From Octopus sinensis (Eukaryota), in contig NC_043017.1 of the NCBI RefSeq assembly GCF_006345805.1, positions 12,524,001 through 12,588,000 of the forward strand: DNA of 64,000 nucleotides, read 5' to 3'. A program made the translations under genes and the position numbers. This document shows positions 62,316 through 64,000 of the stretch, in pieces. The notes below the pieces were generated by a model. It had not been told where the DNA came from, did not search any database, and saw only the letters and a program-made list of their open reading frames with translations. The stretch's first letter is position 1. Every line of letters starts with the position of its first letter.

Positions 62316-62832
62316 AACATTACCATCATGAATGTTTTCACTGCTGAAGGAAATGGGAGTGGAACTGTCTGGCACCAAAGTAAACCAAACCCTCATGACC
62401 ATATCTTGCAGCATTTTAGTTTAGTCTTTTCCAAAGTTCAAAACCTACTACTCACTCATAGCTACAACTTCCTTTCCCGTCTCGCTGTTCACCATTACAC
62501 ACACTTAAGCCATGATTTAGTCTAACACTACCACTGCCTTCCCCACAACTTCTCATCCCAGCAGGTGCCTTTAAAAAAAAAATCTGCAAGCAATGGGATG
62601 CAAGGTTTCCAGTATGTGAACAATTCGAACAAATTGCCCCAACAAAAAGACCAGGCAAGATCCTTTTATATTCTGCATGTTCAGCTGGTTCAACGATGAT
62701 GAGAGAGTCAAGAGGATGTTTATATCAGATGGTGAGGACACAGACTCCTAAAATAATTAAGTGGAAGTATGATATACGTTTAAAAAGTTATCCTCAATAC
62801 CATATGACAGTTATAGTTTACACATCTAAACA

Positions 62833-63045
62833 TTTACTCTTTACTCTTTTACTTGTTTCAGTCATTTGACTGCGGCCATGCTGGAGCACCGCCTTTAGTC
62901 GAGCAACTCAACCCCGGGACTTATTCTTTCGTAAGCCCAGTACTTAATCTATCGGTCTCTTTTGCCGAACCGCTAAGTAACGGGGACGTAAACACACCAG
63001 CATCGGTTGTCAAGCAATGCTAGGGGGGACAAACACACTCACACA

Positions 63046-63097
<52 letters not shown>

Positions 63098-63248
63098 TAC
63101 GACGGGCTTCTTTCAGTTTCCGTCTACCAAATCCACTCACAAGGCTTTGGTCTGCCCAAGGCTATAGTAGAAGACACTTGCCCAAGGTGCCACGTAGTGG
63201 GACTGAACCCGGAACCATGTGGCTGGTAAACAAGCTACTTACCACACA
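62833..63248 (-). mobile_element. SINE family A
   Basis: Reverse complement with (TTTTACTC)n tail; the first bases of the head are missing. Confidence 0.95.
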
Positions 63249-63345
63249 AGGGAATCTCAAATGCAGGATAGCTGTTAAAACAGCTTAGAACAATAATTTT
63301 TTTTTTTTTTTTACTTTCTTTCATCCTTTCTTTTCCTTATATATA

Positions 63346-64000
63346 CAAACTTGATCTCTCTAAAATCAAGGTTAAGAGTCCAAAAAATTAAATAACCTTA
63401 TCAGAAACAACTGATTTTGTACCTTTTCCTACATTTAAACTACTTTAACCCTTTCATTACCGTATTTATTTTCAGATGCTGTGTATTTCTCTCAATTACT
63501 TTAAATATAACAAAGTATTTAGTAAAATAACTCAGTTATCATTAAGCTAGTGTTAGGAACATAAATTGTGACTAAGGTTTTGTGGAAGATTCTAATCCAA
63601 AACTTATGAAAACAAGACATTTGTACTACAGAGTCAGAGCCGGTTTCAGCCGGGTTGGTAATGAAAGGGTTAATCAAACTTGATCTCTCTAAAATCAAGG
63701 TTAAGAGTCCAAAAAATTAAATAACCTTATCAGAAACAACTGATTTTGTACCTTTTCCTACATTTAAACTACTTTAACCCTTTCATTACCGTATTTATTT
63801 TGAGATGCTGTGTATTTCTCTCAATTACTTTAAATATAACAAAGTATTTAGTAAAATAACTTAGTTATCATTAAGCTAGTGTTAGGAACATAAATTGTGA
63901 CTAAGGTTTGGTGGAAGATTCTAATTCAAAACTTATGAAAACAAGACATTTGTACTAAAGAGCCAGAGCCGGTTTTAGCCGGGTTGGTAACGAAAGGGTT
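63346..64000. repeat. 329-bp tandem duplication, each unit holding a 221-bp piggyBac-like MITE (family P2)
   Basis: caaacttgatc at 63346 and 63675. MITEs at 63449-63669 and 63778-63998 with TTAA|ccctttcattacc ... ggtaa(t/c)gaaaggg|TT(AA). Confidence 0.95.

Noticed and set aside
61870-62525. Asp/Gly/Met-rich and His-rich repeat ORFs resembling biomineralisation or reflectin-like proteins
   Set aside because: They arise from a duplicated (CAT/CAC)n tract; no reflectin motif or exon structure.

Overview
AT-rich, repeat-saturated eukaryotic non-coding DNA. It is most likely from an octopus (inferred from the tRNA-derived SINE families and the extreme microsatellite load; no database was searched). 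I recognise no intact protein-coding gene, rRNA, CRISPR array or prokaryotic feature. Almost every ORF in the six-frame track is a translation of microsatellites or SINEs. The only convincing protein remnants are retroelement-derived: an RTE-clade LINE 3' fragment (33.8-35.0 kb), a second decayed RTE fragment missing from the ORF track (30.3 kb), and a CR1/L2-type 3' end (7.0-7.2 kb). The window holds at least four tRNA-headed SINE families (my labels A-D), many RTE 3'-UTR stubs, TTAA-flanked piggyBac-like MITEs, hAT-like and mariner-like MITEs, Helitron-like fragments, a Penelope-like end, several tandem duplications and a 100-N gap. The most unusual signals are: (1) a set of local inverted duplications/foldbacks, including an apparently microhomology-primed inverted insertion flanked by a 17-bp duplication; (2) an atypical minimal hammerhead-like fold; (3) a SINE head/core carrying three different 3' tails; (4) repeated retroposition into microsatellites of older SINEs; (5) three perfect AGGTCA half-sites in 25 bp; and (6) weak candidate minus-strand signal-peptide exons. 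All alignments and identities were made by eye. Boundaries of old repeats are approximate.
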